Part shown: positions 8,010 to 17,233 of the stretch, in pieces
How the letters are laid out: each line of letters begins with the position of its first letter
Position numbering within the stretch: position 1 is the first letter of the stretch
Virus record (IMG/VR): IMGVR_UViG_3300042478_001433
Source: an uncultured virus (IMG/VR IMGVR_UViG_3300042478_001433)
Taxonomy: Duplodnaviria > Heunggongvirae > Uroviricota > Caudoviricetes
Direction: 5' to 3' (one strand)
DNA: 64,000 bases
Position numbers and translations under genes: made by a program
Notes under the pieces: generated by a model
What the model saw: the letters and a program-made list of their open reading frames with translations, nothing else
Databases searched by the model: none
What the model was told of the DNA's origin: nothing

Positions 8010-8303
8010 ATGGAACCAATGCAAGAAATCAAAGTCCGCTTCCAGCCCGAAGACCTCACCGCCTTGGATCAGCAGGCCGCATCACTCGGCACCAGCCGCG
8101 CGCAGCTGATCCGTGACCGTTCCTTAAGCAGTGGGGTTGCAGGGTTGACCACAGCCGACTACCATCGCCTCGTGTCCGGTGCTGCTGCCCACATGCGTGG
8201 TGATCTGTCGCACCGACACGTTGAGCATCTCGTTGCGTATGTCATCACAAGACTCGATCAGCATTCCCGCCAAGCAGTCGCCGGTGATCAACCGGCTTCA
8301 TGA
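8010..8303 (+). CDS. RHH-like DNA-binding protein
   Basis: EIKVRF...LDQQA...SRAQLIR; homolog at 51821. Confidence 0.65.
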   Translation: MEPMQEIKVRFQPEDLTALDQQAASLGTSRAQLIRDRSLSSGVAGLTTADYHRLVSGAAAHMRGDLSHRHVEHLVAYVITRLDQHSRQAVAGDQPAS

Positions 8304-8451
8304 ATCCATCACCCAGGCATTGGCTTACGCCCATGCCATCCGCGACAACGCACAGGACGACAGCCAGCCGATCCCGTTGGAACTCGTTGGTTCGTTTCAA
8401 GTTGATTGCGACGCCATCATCAACGCCTTATCCGAAGCTGCTGCACAATGA
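8239..8451 (+). CDS. Conserved hypothetical protein
   Basis: Homolog at 52044-52253 (IPAKQxPVINRLHE). Confidence 0.7.
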   Translation: MSSQDSISIPAKQSPVINRLHESITQALAYAHAIRDNAQDDSQPIPLELVGSFQVDCDAIINALSEAAAQ

Positions 8452-9494
8452 AATTCACCTGCTCACAGGCCGACCTGTCCCATGCTCTCCGCGCTGTATC
8501 CCGCGCTGTAGGCACCGGGCGCTCTGGCCATCCGATCCTTGCTGGCGTACTCCTCGCTGCTGATGCCGGCGCCGTACGCATCACCGCTTACGACCTCGAC
8601 CTTGGCATCAGCACCGCCATCACCGCTGCTGTAAACACCGCTGGCGCTTGCGTGGTACCCCATCGGCTCCTGGCGGACATCACAGGCCGTCTGGACGCTT
8701 CTGAGGCGCTGTCGCTGGCTGTGGACGGTACACGCATCACGCTGACCGCTGCAGGCGGCTCCTACAGCCTCTCCGTGGCCTCTGCGGAGGATTTTCCTGC
8801 ATTGCCCGTGGTGGATGCTGCTGCAGGCGCTGCTGTGGACCTCACAGCGCCATTGGCGGCCGTATTGCCTGCTGCTGCCACCGACGCGTCTAAGCAGCTG
8901 CTGACCGGCGTGCACGTCACCATCGCAAGCGGTGCCTTGCGCCTTGAGGCCACAGACGGCCATCGACTTGCCGTGCGTACCGCCGACACCGATGCCGCAG
9001 ACCTCGACCTCGTGTTACCCGCTCGCACCCTGCAGCAGATCCGTCAGCCGGCCACCATCACCGCAGACAAGCATCAGGCCGCTATCGCCCTTGCTGATGG
9101 CACCATGATCGTCTCGCGGTTGCTGGATGGCATCTACCCCAACGTGCAAGCGCTGGTACCCGCCAGCTACGAGCACACGGCTACCGTTAGCCGCCTTGCC
9201 ATGCTGGCTGCACTTGAGCGCGTAGCCGTCATTGCCGACAGCCACAACAGCGTCGTCAAGCTCACCACCAAAGCCAAGCGACTCACCATTGCCGCCGAGG
9301 CCGAAGCCAACAGCGGCTCAGAGTCCATTGCCATGGATGGCACGCTGCCCACGCTTGCCTTCAACGTGCATTACCTCATTGATGCCTTTAAGCATCTCGA
9401 CGGTGATACTGCTACTATCAGCGGCAACACCTCAACTACCCCTGTAGTATTTGAGCCTGGTCTTACACTGGTAATGCCAGTTCAGGTACGCTGA
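8448..9494 (+). CDS. dnaN: DNA polymerase III beta sliding-clamp homolog
   Basis: HPILAGVLL, EATDGHRL, SRLLDGIYP, FNVHYLID and LVMPV motifs. Confidence 0.9.
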   Translation: MKFTCSQADLSHALRAVSRAVGTGRSGHPILAGVLLAADAGAVRITAYDLDLGISTAITAAVNTAGACVVPHRLLADITGRLDASEALSLAVDGTRITLTAAGGSYSLSVASAEDFPALPVVDAAAGAAVDLTAPLAAVLPAAATDASKQLLTGVHVTIASGALRLEATDGHRLAVRTADTDAADLDLVLPARTLQQIRQPATITADKHQAAIALADGTMIVSRLLDGIYPNVQALVPASYEHTATVSRLAMLAALERVAVIADSHNSVVKLTTKAKRLTIAAEAEANSGSESIAMDGTLPTLAFNVHYLIDAFKHLDGDTATISGNTSTTPVVFEPGLTLVMPVQVR

Positions 9495-9498
9495 TCAC

Positions 9499-9846
9499 AT
9501 GGCACGGTCAAAGACCAAAGAGAAAACCCACTACACTCACGAAGAGCTGTTGTGCATTTGGTCTGAATTGGCCGAGATAGTAGCTGCTGGCTCGAACGGC
9601 ATATCAATCCCAAAGCTCATTATTGAAAAATGGGGGGTGTGCCGTCCGACCGCAGATAAGTGGTACGACTGCGCCAAACAGTTGTTGTATCAAACGTGGG
9701 ATAAGTCAACGCTGGCCGAAATAAAGGCAAAGCGACTGCAAACGCTAGAGATGACAATTGAACGCGGAATGAGAACTAACCAGCTTGGTTCCGTTATCGG
9801 CGCTGTCCGCCTGCAAGCTGAAATGCTTGGCCTTGTTGGCAAGTGA
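9499..9846 (+). CDS. Probable terminase small subunit
   Basis: Directly upstream of and overlapping TerL; HTH-like WGVCRPTADKWY. Confidence 0.6.
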   Translation: MARSKTKEKTHYTHEELLCIWSELAEIVAAGSNGISIPKLIIEKWGVCRPTADKWYDCAKQLLYQTWDKSTLAEIKAKRLQTLEMTIERGMRTNQLGSVIGAVRLQAEMLGLVGK

Positions 9847-11189
9847 GCTGCATTGAAGCTGATCTGCTTTTGCGATCAGCATTGCAATTAGATGAATCCA
9901 ACGAGCTGGATTTAGCCGAGCGCCTGGCCGCCATCCGCGCAGACCTGCACCCAGGGCAGCTTGCGTTTGTGGATGACACCGCAACGCAGATTCTTGGTAT
10001 CTCTGCCGGGTATGGCGCCGGCAAGACTAGGGCGCTATGCGCCAAGGCGGTAATGCTGGCCGCAGCCAATCAAGGCTTTATCGGCGCCGTGATGGAACCC
10101 ACTGGCCCACTGATCCGTGACATCTGGCAGAACGACTTTGATGATTTCCTAGAGGCGTATGACATTCCGTACACCTTCAGAGCTAGTCCGCTGCCGGAAT
10201 ACACGCTGCACCTACCGCAGGGTGACACCAAGATCCTTTGCCGGTCGTTTGAGAACTGGTCACGGATTATCGGCTTGAACCTTGCCTGGGTGTTGGCTGA
10301 CGAGATCGATACGGTGACGCCCAGCATTGCCAACAAGGCATTTCCCAAGATCCTTGGTCGTTTGCGCTCGGGCAATGTCCGGCAGTTTGCCGCGGCCAGC
10401 ACGCCAGAGGGTTTCCGCTGGATGTGGAACACGTTTGGCAGTGATGACGCAAAAGCGCGGCCAGATCGGCATCTGATCAAGATGCGCACCGTAGACAACC
10501 CACACTTGCCACCGGACTTTATTGAGCGACTGCAGGCCAACTACGATCCAAGCTTGCTCAAGGCGTATCTAGACGGCGAATTCGTCAACCTCACCACTGG
10601 CCAGGTGTATGACCGCTTTGATCGCAGCAAACATGTATTGGCAACCATGCCAGACATCAGTAAAGAGCCGCTCAGGGTTGGCGTTGACTTTAACGTTGGC
10701 AACATGTCAGCCGTAATTGCCATCCGGCAGGGCAGCAGCCTGTTAGTAATAGATGAGATCTCAGGTGCGCATGACACTGACGCCCTGGCGCAGTCGATCA
10801 AATCCAGATACCCGACGCATCGCATCTATGTTTACCCTGACGCCAGTGGCGGCAACCGCAGCACCAACGCTGCACAAACAGACATCCAAATCCTTGAGTC
10901 GTACGGCATGTCAAACCAATCGCCGCGCAGCAATCCTCCCGTCCGCGATCGCGTGGCTGCTGTTCAAGCTTTGCTGGAAAACGGCAAAGGCCAAGTTCGG
11001 CTACAGGTAGCAAGCGGCTGCCGCAAAGTGATTGAGTGCCTTGAGTTGCAGTCCTACAACGAGAAAGGTGAGCCTGACAAGGACGCAGGCTATGACCACA
11101 TGAACGATGCACTTGGCTACATCATCTGGCGTGAGTTCAACCCACTGCACGCCAATGCTGGACGAAGCACTGGCATCAGGCTATATTAA
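9843..11189 (+). CDS. terL: Terminase large subunit
   Basis: AGYGAGKT, LADEID, GVDFN and DHMNDALGY motifs. Confidence 0.93.
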   Translation: MSCIEADLLLRSALQLDESNELDLAERLAAIRADLHPGQLAFVDDTATQILGISAGYGAGKTRALCAKAVMLAAANQGFIGAVMEPTGPLIRDIWQNDFDDFLEAYDIPYTFRASPLPEYTLHLPQGDTKILCRSFENWSRIIGLNLAWVLADEIDTVTPSIANKAFPKILGRLRSGNVRQFAAASTPEGFRWMWNTFGSDDAKARPDRHLIKMRTVDNPHLPPDFIERLQANYDPSLLKAYLDGEFVNLTTGQVYDRFDRSKHVLATMPDISKEPLRVGVDFNVGNMSAVIAIRQGSSLLVIDEISGAHDTDALAQSIKSRYPTHRIYVYPDASGGNRSTNAAQTDIQILESYGMSNQSPRSNPPVRDRVAAVQALLENGKGQVRLQVASGCRKVIECLELQSYNEKGEPDKDAGYDHMNDALGYIIWREFNPLHANAGRSTGIRLY

Positions 11190-11213
11190 ATCCGCTATCT
11201 ATTTACTGCACTC

Positions 11214-11531
11214 ATGCTGACCGGCGCTGAACTACTGTCGAAAGTCAAAGAAGCTGGGCACCTTAACAAGACCGAGCTGGTCCGTGAATGCGGCTACATC
11301 AAAGGCGAAAAGCTTTGCTTCACCGCGTTTTACGAAGCGCTCCTCGAGGCCAAGGGCATTGCATTGGCTGGCCCTAAAAAGGCAGGTCGCACCTTGACCT
11401 ACAAAACCAAGGTGCAGTTCAACGGCAAGCTGTCCATTGGTGAAGGGTACGTCAAGGAGATGGGCTTCAACCCTGGCGATGAGTTTGAAATTAAGGTAAC
11501 CCGCAACAGCGTTACACTGACTGCAGCTTGA
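11214..11531 (+). CDS. Cyanobacterial-type AbrB transcription regulator
   Basis: LTGAELLSKVKE...ELVRECGY...FYEALLEAKG...VQFNGKLSIG...PGDEFEIK. Confidence 0.88.
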   Translation: MLTGAELLSKVKEAGHLNKTELVRECGYIKGEKLCFTAFYEALLEAKGIALAGPKKAGRTLTYKTKVQFNGKLSIGEGYVKEMGFNPGDEFEIKVTRNSVTLTAA

Positions 11532-11539
11532 CATATGAC

Positions 11540-12985
11540 ATGTACACGGGTTTCAACTACTACGACCGGCCTACGGCAGAGCGTAAGGTCACCCGTGTGC
11601 AGGATGCAAACTCCACGTGGTACGCGCAAGAGGCGCATTGGATTCTGATTGAAGACTTGCTGGGCGGAACTTACGAGATGCGCCGCAAGCACCGCCGCTA
11701 CCTGCCGCAAGAGCCACGCGAGCAAGACGAGTCCTACGACAACCGTCTTGCTCGCAGCGTGGTGCCGCCGTACTACCAACGCCTAGAGCGACTGCTGGCT
11801 GGGATGTTGACCCGCAAGCCGGTGCGGTTGATCGATACCAGTGACACCATCCGTGAGCAGTTGTTTGACGTTGACCTCAACGGCAACGACCTCAACGTGT
11901 GGACCTATGAGACCGCGCGCAAGATGGTGCGCTATGGCCACATTGGCACGCTAGTAGATGCACCTGCTGATGGCGGCAGGCCGTATTGGGTGACCTACAC
12001 ACCACGCGACATCCTTGGATGGCGCACTGAGGCAAAGGAAGGCAAGCAGCAGCTGACCATGCTGCGCCTGCAGGAGCTGGCCAGCGTGCCTGATGGTGAG
12101 TACGGCGAGAAGGTGGTGCAGCAGGTGCGTGTATTGACGCCTGGCGAGTACCAGATCCACCAAAAGGATGACAAGGGCGACTTCCGCATTGTGGACGAAG
12201 GCCGCACCAGCCTTAGCGAGATCCCATTCAGCGTTGCCTATGCCAACCGCGTGGGCTTTATGGAATCACGGCCGCCGCTGGAGGATATTGCCGAGCTAAA
12301 CCTGAAGACCTATCAGATTCAGTCTGACCTTGATAACCAGTTGCACATCTCAGCGGTGCCAATGCTGGCGTTTTATGGATTCCCAAGCAGTGCCGAGGAA
12401 GTATCAGCAGGCCCCGGTGAAGCGATTGCATTTCCTGCAGAAGGCCGCGCTGAGTACATCGAACCCGGCGGTACCAGTTTTCAGCATCAGTTCCAGCGGC
12501 TAGAGCAGCTTGCATTGCAGATCAATGAGCTTGGCCTGTCGGCAGTGCTAGGCCAGAAACTGACTGCCGAGACCGCTGAAGCAAAGCGCATCAATCGCAG
12601 TCAAGGTGACAGCACCATGATGGTGATTGCGCAAAATATGCAGGATATGATCGACAACTGCCTGCAGTTCCATGCGCAGTACCTCGGCCAGAATGAAGCC
12701 GCCGGCAGCTGCCATGTGAACCGTGACTTTATGGGTATCCGGCTTGACCCGCAGGAGATTACCAGCCTGCGCGAGCTTTACACTGCTGGCACCATCACTC
12801 AAGAAACCCTGCTGCAGCAACTGGCTGATGGCGAGGTCTTGGGCGATGATTTCGACGTTGAACAAGAACTGGAGGCCACGGCTAATGCGGGAATGGACCT
12901 ACAACCTGCTGGACAGGCTGACCGACTGGCTAGTGGATCTGATGATTATGTTGGAACCGAAGAGGCCACGCCGCCAAGAGCTTGA
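11540..12985 (+). CDS. Portal protein (DUF4055-like)
   Basis: YLPQEPRE..ESYDNRL motif; position after TerL; homolog at 56078. Confidence 0.88.
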   Translation: MYTGFNYYDRPTAERKVTRVQDANSTWYAQEAHWILIEDLLGGTYEMRRKHRRYLPQEPREQDESYDNRLARSVVPPYYQRLERLLAGMLTRKPVRLIDTSDTIREQLFDVDLNGNDLNVWTYETARKMVRYGHIGTLVDAPADGGRPYWVTYTPRDILGWRTEAKEGKQQLTMLRLQELASVPDGEYGEKVVQQVRVLTPGEYQIHQKDDKGDFRIVDEGRTSLSEIPFSVAYANRVGFMESRPPLEDIAELNLKTYQIQSDLDNQLHISAVPMLAFYGFPSSAEEVSAGPGEAIAFPAEGRAEYIEPGGTSFQHQFQRLEQLALQINELGLSAVLGQKLTAETAEAKRINRSQGDSTMMVIAQNMQDMIDNCLQFHAQYLGQNEAAGSCHVNRDFMGIRLDPQEITSLRELYTAGTITQETLLQQLADGEVLGDDFDVEQELEATANAGMDLQPAGQADRLASGSDDYVGTEEATPPRA

Positions 12986-13205
12986 TTATCACGTCAGTGT
13001 GCTGCCAGATGAAATCTTGGCAATCATCCGCATTAGCTGGTACAAAGATGGCAAGCCCGATTCAATTGATGAGGTGGTATTGATGGAAGACGGCCAAAAC
13101 GGGTATGACGCGTTTGCGGAAGTCGTGACTAGCGCGCTGCATCGCGGCGCCAATTTAAGCATCCGCTCTGGCTATAGCGCAACAGACTTGGGCATCATGC
13201 AATGA
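12885..13205 (+). CDS. Conserved hypothetical protein overlapping the portal 3' end
   Basis: GGAGG 9 nt upstream of ATG; homolog 57423-57743 has the same 101-nt overlap. Confidence 0.75.
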   Translation: MREWTYNLLDRLTDWLVDLMIMLEPKRPRRQELDYHVSVLPDEILAIIRISWYKDGKPDSIDEVVLMEDGQNGYDAFAEVVTSALHRGANLSIRSGYSATDLGIMQ

Positions 13206-14392
13206 CAACACCAGCCAGGCTGTACCGCAACGCGATTGACCTGAATCGCTATAGCAATAGCGTGGCTCGGCGTGTCATCAACGCATACAACGACATCATC
13301 ATTGATGCAGTCAATCAGCTGCGCACCATTGATGATTTGGCAGCGCCGGTCAAGGCTGCCAGGTTGCGCGCCATCTTGGCGCAGCTCAAGGATTCACTGG
13401 CTGGCTGGGCTGGTGATGCAACAGAGTTAACGGTCACTGAGCTGCAAGGCTTGGCTGAGCTGCAGTCTGAATTTGTAGCCGAAGAGCTACGCAAGGCGCT
13501 GCCAGCTGGTGCGCGCACGGCGGTCAATACCGTGGAAATCAGCCCGCAGTTTGCGCAAAGCGTGGTCACAACCGACCCAACGCAAATCAACGTGGTTGCG
13601 CTATCGGATGATCTGTTTGCAGCAGTGCAAGGCGCACCGCAGACATTCAGCCTCACTGCTGCGCAAGGTGCCACCATTACGCTGCCCAATGGCGAGGTAG
13701 TCAGCAAGGCGTTCAGGGGCATTGCCGTTGATCAGGCTGAGCGATTTTCGCAGGTGGTGCGGCAAGGATTGCTGACAGGTGAAACCACGCCAGACATCGC
13801 CAAGCGCTTGATTGGCAGCCTGCAATTTGGCGAGCAGGCCAAGACCGTAGGGCAGCTTGTGGCAGCAGGCGGCCAGGCAACTGCCGTGGCCGACAACCAA
13901 GTCATGGCTCTAGTGCGCACCAGCATCAATCAAGTGGCCAATAGCGCCAGCCAGCAGGTGTATGAGGCCAATCAAGACATTACCAAGAAATATCGCTACG
14001 TTGCCACGCTTGATACCCGCACCACCGCAATCTGTCGTGCATTAGATGGCCGCGAGTTTGAATACGGCAAAGGGCCAATGCCGCCGCAGCACTTCAACTG
14101 CCGCTCAACCACGGTGCCCATCATTGATCCAGACATCCTGCCGCCGTCTACTACTGCAACCCGCGCTAGCAAGGATGGCCAAGTGCCAATCAACCAAAGC
14201 TATGGCGAGTGGCTAGCCAAGCAACCACGCAGCGTGCAGGCTGAAGCATTAGGACCAGAGAAAGTGCCATACTTCAACCGGCTTGCCAATAAGTACGGCC
14301 CGCGCGATGCAATTGCAAAGCTAGTCCGTGATGACGGTTCAGAGGTAACCTTGGAGCAGCTACGCAAACGATATGGACCTGCCAAGCCTTAG
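13202..14392 (+). CDS. Minor head morphogenesis protein (SPP1 gp7/Mu F)
   Basis: ATLDTRTTAIC...PPQHFNCRS motif. Confidence 0.9.
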   Translation: MTTPARLYRNAIDLNRYSNSVARRVINAYNDIIIDAVNQLRTIDDLAAPVKAARLRAILAQLKDSLAGWAGDATELTVTELQGLAELQSEFVAEELRKALPAGARTAVNTVEISPQFAQSVVTTDPTQINVVALSDDLFAAVQGAPQTFSLTAAQGATITLPNGEVVSKAFRGIAVDQAERFSQVVRQGLLTGETTPDIAKRLIGSLQFGEQAKTVGQLVAAGGQATAVADNQVMALVRTSINQVANSASQQVYEANQDITKKYRYVATLDTRTTAICRALDGREFEYGKGPMPPQHFNCRSTTVPIIDPDILPPSTTATRASKDGQVPINQSYGEWLAKQPRSVQAEALGPEKVPYFNRLANKYGPRDAIAKLVRDDGSEVTLEQLRKRYGPAKP

Positions 14393-14675
14393 GCATTTCC
14401 AAAATGGCCTGATCGTCAGCGATCCTGTCGAAGCCTTTATTGACGGCAATTGGATTGCTGCAGTGCTATGCCAACGTGATGATGGCAGCCAATACTGGGC
14501 AACGCTTGACATGGCTAAGCTTGCATCAGTAACTGAGTGGCGCGATGCCGTTAAAGAAGGGCAAGTCACAGGCTGCAGTATCAGCCAACATCAAGACCGA
14601 GATGAAAAAGGGCAAACCGCAAAAGCAATCCGTGGCAATCGCGCTGTCAAAAGCCGGAAAAGCAAGGAAGCGTAA
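14373..14675 (+). CDS. Conserved hypothetical protein
   Basis: Homolog at 58941-59240 ([15 protein letters not shown]). Confidence 0.6.
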   Translation: MDLPSLRHFQNGLIVSDPVEAFIDGNWIAAVLCQRDDGSQYWATLDMAKLASVTEWRDAVKEGQVTGCSISQHQDRDEKGQTAKAIRGNRAVKSRKSKEA

Positions 14676-14679
14676 GTGA
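14545..14679 (+). CDS. Small basic protein ([28 protein letters not shown]...)
   Basis: 44 aa, translated by hand; near-identical ORF at 59110. Confidence 0.8.
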   Translation: MPLKKGKSQAAVSANIKTEMKKGKPQKQSVAIALSKAGKARKRK

Positions 14680-14849
14680 TGGCCAAGAAACCTGGGCTTT
14701 ACGCCAACATCAATGCCAAGCGCGAGCGCATTGAGCGTGGCAGCAACGAACGCATGGCACGCAAGGGTGAAGAGGGCAGGCCATCTGCTGCTGCATTTAA
14801 GGCTGCAGCTAAGACTGCCAAGAAACGCAAGCGCAAAGGCGTAAAGTAG
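14679..14849 (+). CDS. Small basic protein ([18 protein letters not shown]...)
   Basis: 56 aa, coupled by TGATG; homolog at 59247. Confidence 0.8.
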   Translation: MAKKPGLYANINAKRERIERGSNERMARKGEEGRPSAAAFKAAAKTAKKRKRKGVK

Positions 14850-14877
14850 GAGCGCACTCTATCCCTGCGGGATACGC

Positions 14878-15549
14878 ATGTCTGACGAAAACCAGACCCA
14901 GGAGCCTGCGGCAACTGGTGACACTGAAGCGCTGCAACGTAGCGTTGAAGCGCTAGAACGCAAGAATCAAGAATTGATCGCCGAGCTGCGATCAGCAAAG
15001 AAATCACCGAAGCTACCCGATGGCGTCAACATCGACGAGCTGCTTGATTTCAAGCGCAAAGCCGAACAAGCCGAACTTGAGCAACAAGGAAAATACTCCG
15101 AAGCAAGGCAAGCTTTGGAGCAGCAGTACCGCGAGGCGACGGCGCAGAAGGACCAGCGCATCGCAGAACTCGAGTCCCGTGTCCGTGAGTTGGAGCTGGT
15201 CACACCAGCCGTGACCGCATTGGCGGACATCGTGCATGACCCCGACTTGGTGCTCAAGACCAAGCTGAGCAGTGATCAGATTGAGCGTGACCCTGATGGC
15301 ACGGTGGTAGTCGTCGATGGCTACCAGCGCACACCTGTTAGCGAATGGGCCAAGACGCTACCCGCCTGGATGCAAAAGCAACCCAAGCCGCAGGGTAGTG
15401 GCGCACCATCTGGCCGCAGTAACGGTGACGCCACTTTTGGCATCAAAAACCCGTTCCTGCAAGAGTCATTCAATTTGACCGAGCAATCACGCCTGTTCCG
15501 CACCGACCGTGATATGTACAACCGATTGAAAGCTGCAGCAGGACGTTAA
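14878..15549 (+). CDS. Capsid scaffolding protein
   Basis: Coiled-coil, GSGA linker and NPF...NLTEQ C-terminus, upstream of the capsid gene. Confidence 0.8.
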   Translation: MSDENQTQEPAATGDTEALQRSVEALERKNQELIAELRSAKKSPKLPDGVNIDELLDFKRKAEQAELEQQGKYSEARQALEQQYREATAQKDQRIAELESRVRELELVTPAVTALADIVHDPDLVLKTKLSSDQIERDPDGTVVVVDGYQRTPVSEWAKTLPAWMQKQPKPQGSGAPSGRSNGDATFGIKNPFLQESFNLTEQSRLFRTDRDMYNRLKAAAGR

Positions 15550-15621
15550 TATATTTGCAACCGGCTGCGCTGGGTATCTAAGGGCTGCGCCCACAATCAA
15601 CCAATCCCCTGAGGTTTCATC

Positions 15622-16644
15622 ATGGCGACCCTTCGCTCTGATGTCATCATCCCCGAGATTTTCACGCCTTACGTCATTGAGCAAACCACACTGCGTGATG
15701 CCTTCTTGGCATCCGGCGTGGTGCAGCCCATGGCTGAGCTGAACGCTGCAGAGGGTGGTGACTACATCAACGTTCCCTTCTGGAAGGCCAACCTGTCCGG
15801 CGATTTTGAAGTGCTGACTGACAGCACCTCGCTGACGCCTGGCAAGATCACTGCCGACAAACAAGTTGGCGTGATCCTGCACCGCGGCCGCGCCTTTGAG
15901 TCCCGTGACCTTGCAGCCCTTGCTGCTGGCGCTGACCCGATGGCTGCCATCGGCGCCAAGGTTGCCTCTTATGTGGCCAACCAGCGCCAGAAGGACCTGA
16001 TCAAAACGCTGGAAGGCGTGTTTGGCGGTCTGACCTCCAACTCCGGCGCTGCTTTTGCTCCGCTGTCGTTTGACCTGAGCGGCATGACTGCCCTTGGCCC
16101 CCGCCAAGTGGCCAAAGCTCGTGCGCTGTTGGGCGATCAAGGCGACAAGCTCACCGCCGTTGCCATGCACTCTGCGGTCTATTACGACCTCGTTGAGCGC
16201 AAGGCCATCGACTACGTGACCAACACCGAAGCACGCGGTGGCGGCACTGTGGCTACCACTGGCATTGCTCCTGTGTTTGCAGGCAGCATCGCTGGTGCTT
16301 ACGGCGGCGACAACCCCGTGCCCGCCTACATGGGCCTGCGTGTGATCGTCTCTGACGACCTGGCGCCCACCAGCACCAACTACCCCGTCTATTTCTTCAC
16401 CCAAGGCGCTATCGCCAGCGGTGAGCAAATGGCGATGCAGACCGAAACCGACCGTGACATCCTCGCCAAGAGCGATGCCATGTCCATCGACCTGCACTAC
16501 TGCTACCACCCTGTGGGCGCTAAGTGGGCCGTCACGACCCCCAACCCCACCCAAGCTCAGCTTGCCACCGTCGGCAACTGGACCAAGGTGTACGAAACCA
16601 AGAACCTTGGTATCGTCCGTGGCACCGTCACTTCTAACTTCTGA
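15622..16644 (+). CDS. Major capsid protein
   Basis: SDVIIPEIFTPY, INVPFW and ETDRDIL motifs; position in the head operon. Confidence 0.88.
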   Translation: MATLRSDVIIPEIFTPYVIEQTTLRDAFLASGVVQPMAELNAAEGGDYINVPFWKANLSGDFEVLTDSTSLTPGKITADKQVGVILHRGRAFESRDLAALAAGADPMAAIGAKVASYVANQRQKDLIKTLEGVFGGLTSNSGAAFAPLSFDLSGMTALGPRQVAKARALLGDQGDKLTAVAMHSAVYYDLVERKAIDYVTNTEARGGGTVATTGIAPVFAGSIAGAYGGDNPVPAYMGLRVIVSDDLAPTSTNYPVYFFTQGAIASGEQMAMQTETDRDILAKSDAMSIDLHYCYHPVGAKWAVTTPNPTQAQLATVGNWTKVYETKNLGIVRGTVTSNF

Positions 16645-16655
16645 GGTAACTAACC

Positions 16656-17057
16656 ATGGCGCAACCCTCCCAGTTTGAAATCAGCACTGAGCAGTACATC
16701 ACTGCCAGTCATTTCATCGCCTCTTCTGTGGCTGACGTGCAGTTCTTCACCGCTCCGGTGAAGTGCGAAGTGGTAGCAGTGCGCGAGATCCACACTGTTG
16801 CTGGCACCGATGGCAGTGCCGTCACTGGCACCATCCGCCGCTGCCAAGGCACCGAAGCTGCTACAGCTGGCGATGATCTCCTCGGCGATACCAAGCTCGA
16901 CCTCAAGGGCACTGCCCTGACCGAGCAGGCTCCTGCCCTGACCGCCACTAATGGCAACTTGGTGCTGGAAGCCGGCAACCGCTTGGCACTTGACGTGACA
17001 GGCACCACCACATCTCTGGCTGGTGTGATCCTGACCGTGCTGCTCAAGCGCGTCTGA
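16656..17057 (+). CDS. Probable head decoration protein
   Basis: Beta-rich small protein after the capsid gene; homolog at 61882. Confidence 0.55.
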   Translation: MAQPSQFEISTEQYITASHFIASSVADVQFFTAPVKCEVVAVREIHTVAGTDGSAVTGTIRRCQGTEAATAGDDLLGDTKLDLKGTALTEQAPALTATNGNLVLEAGNRLALDVTGTTTSLAGVILTVLLKRV

Positions 17058-17233
17058 TGGGGCTGTTCGCTTTCCGGCGACTGCGTGATCAAGAGGCTGC
17101 CTCTTCGGAGGTGGCCTCATTTTCTATTGCAGAGCCAATGCCTACACTAGATGTAACGGAGCCTGACGATGGCAATCACGATCATCGCAACGCCAAACGC
17201 GGCAGACGCAAACTCATACCTGACGTTGGCTGA
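17057..17233 (+). CDS. Small conserved hypothetical protein (MGLFAFRRLR)
   Basis: Coupled by TGATG; homolog at 62280. Confidence 0.6.
   Translation: MGLFAFRRLRDQEAASSEVASFSIAEPMPTLDVTEPDDGNHDHRNAKRGRRKLIPDVG

Noticed and set aside
15487..16554. Long antisense ORF over the capsid gene (and similar shadows such as 19389-20234 and 60833-61399)
   Set aside because: Typical GC-rich reverse-frame shadows; not preserved at full length between A and B.
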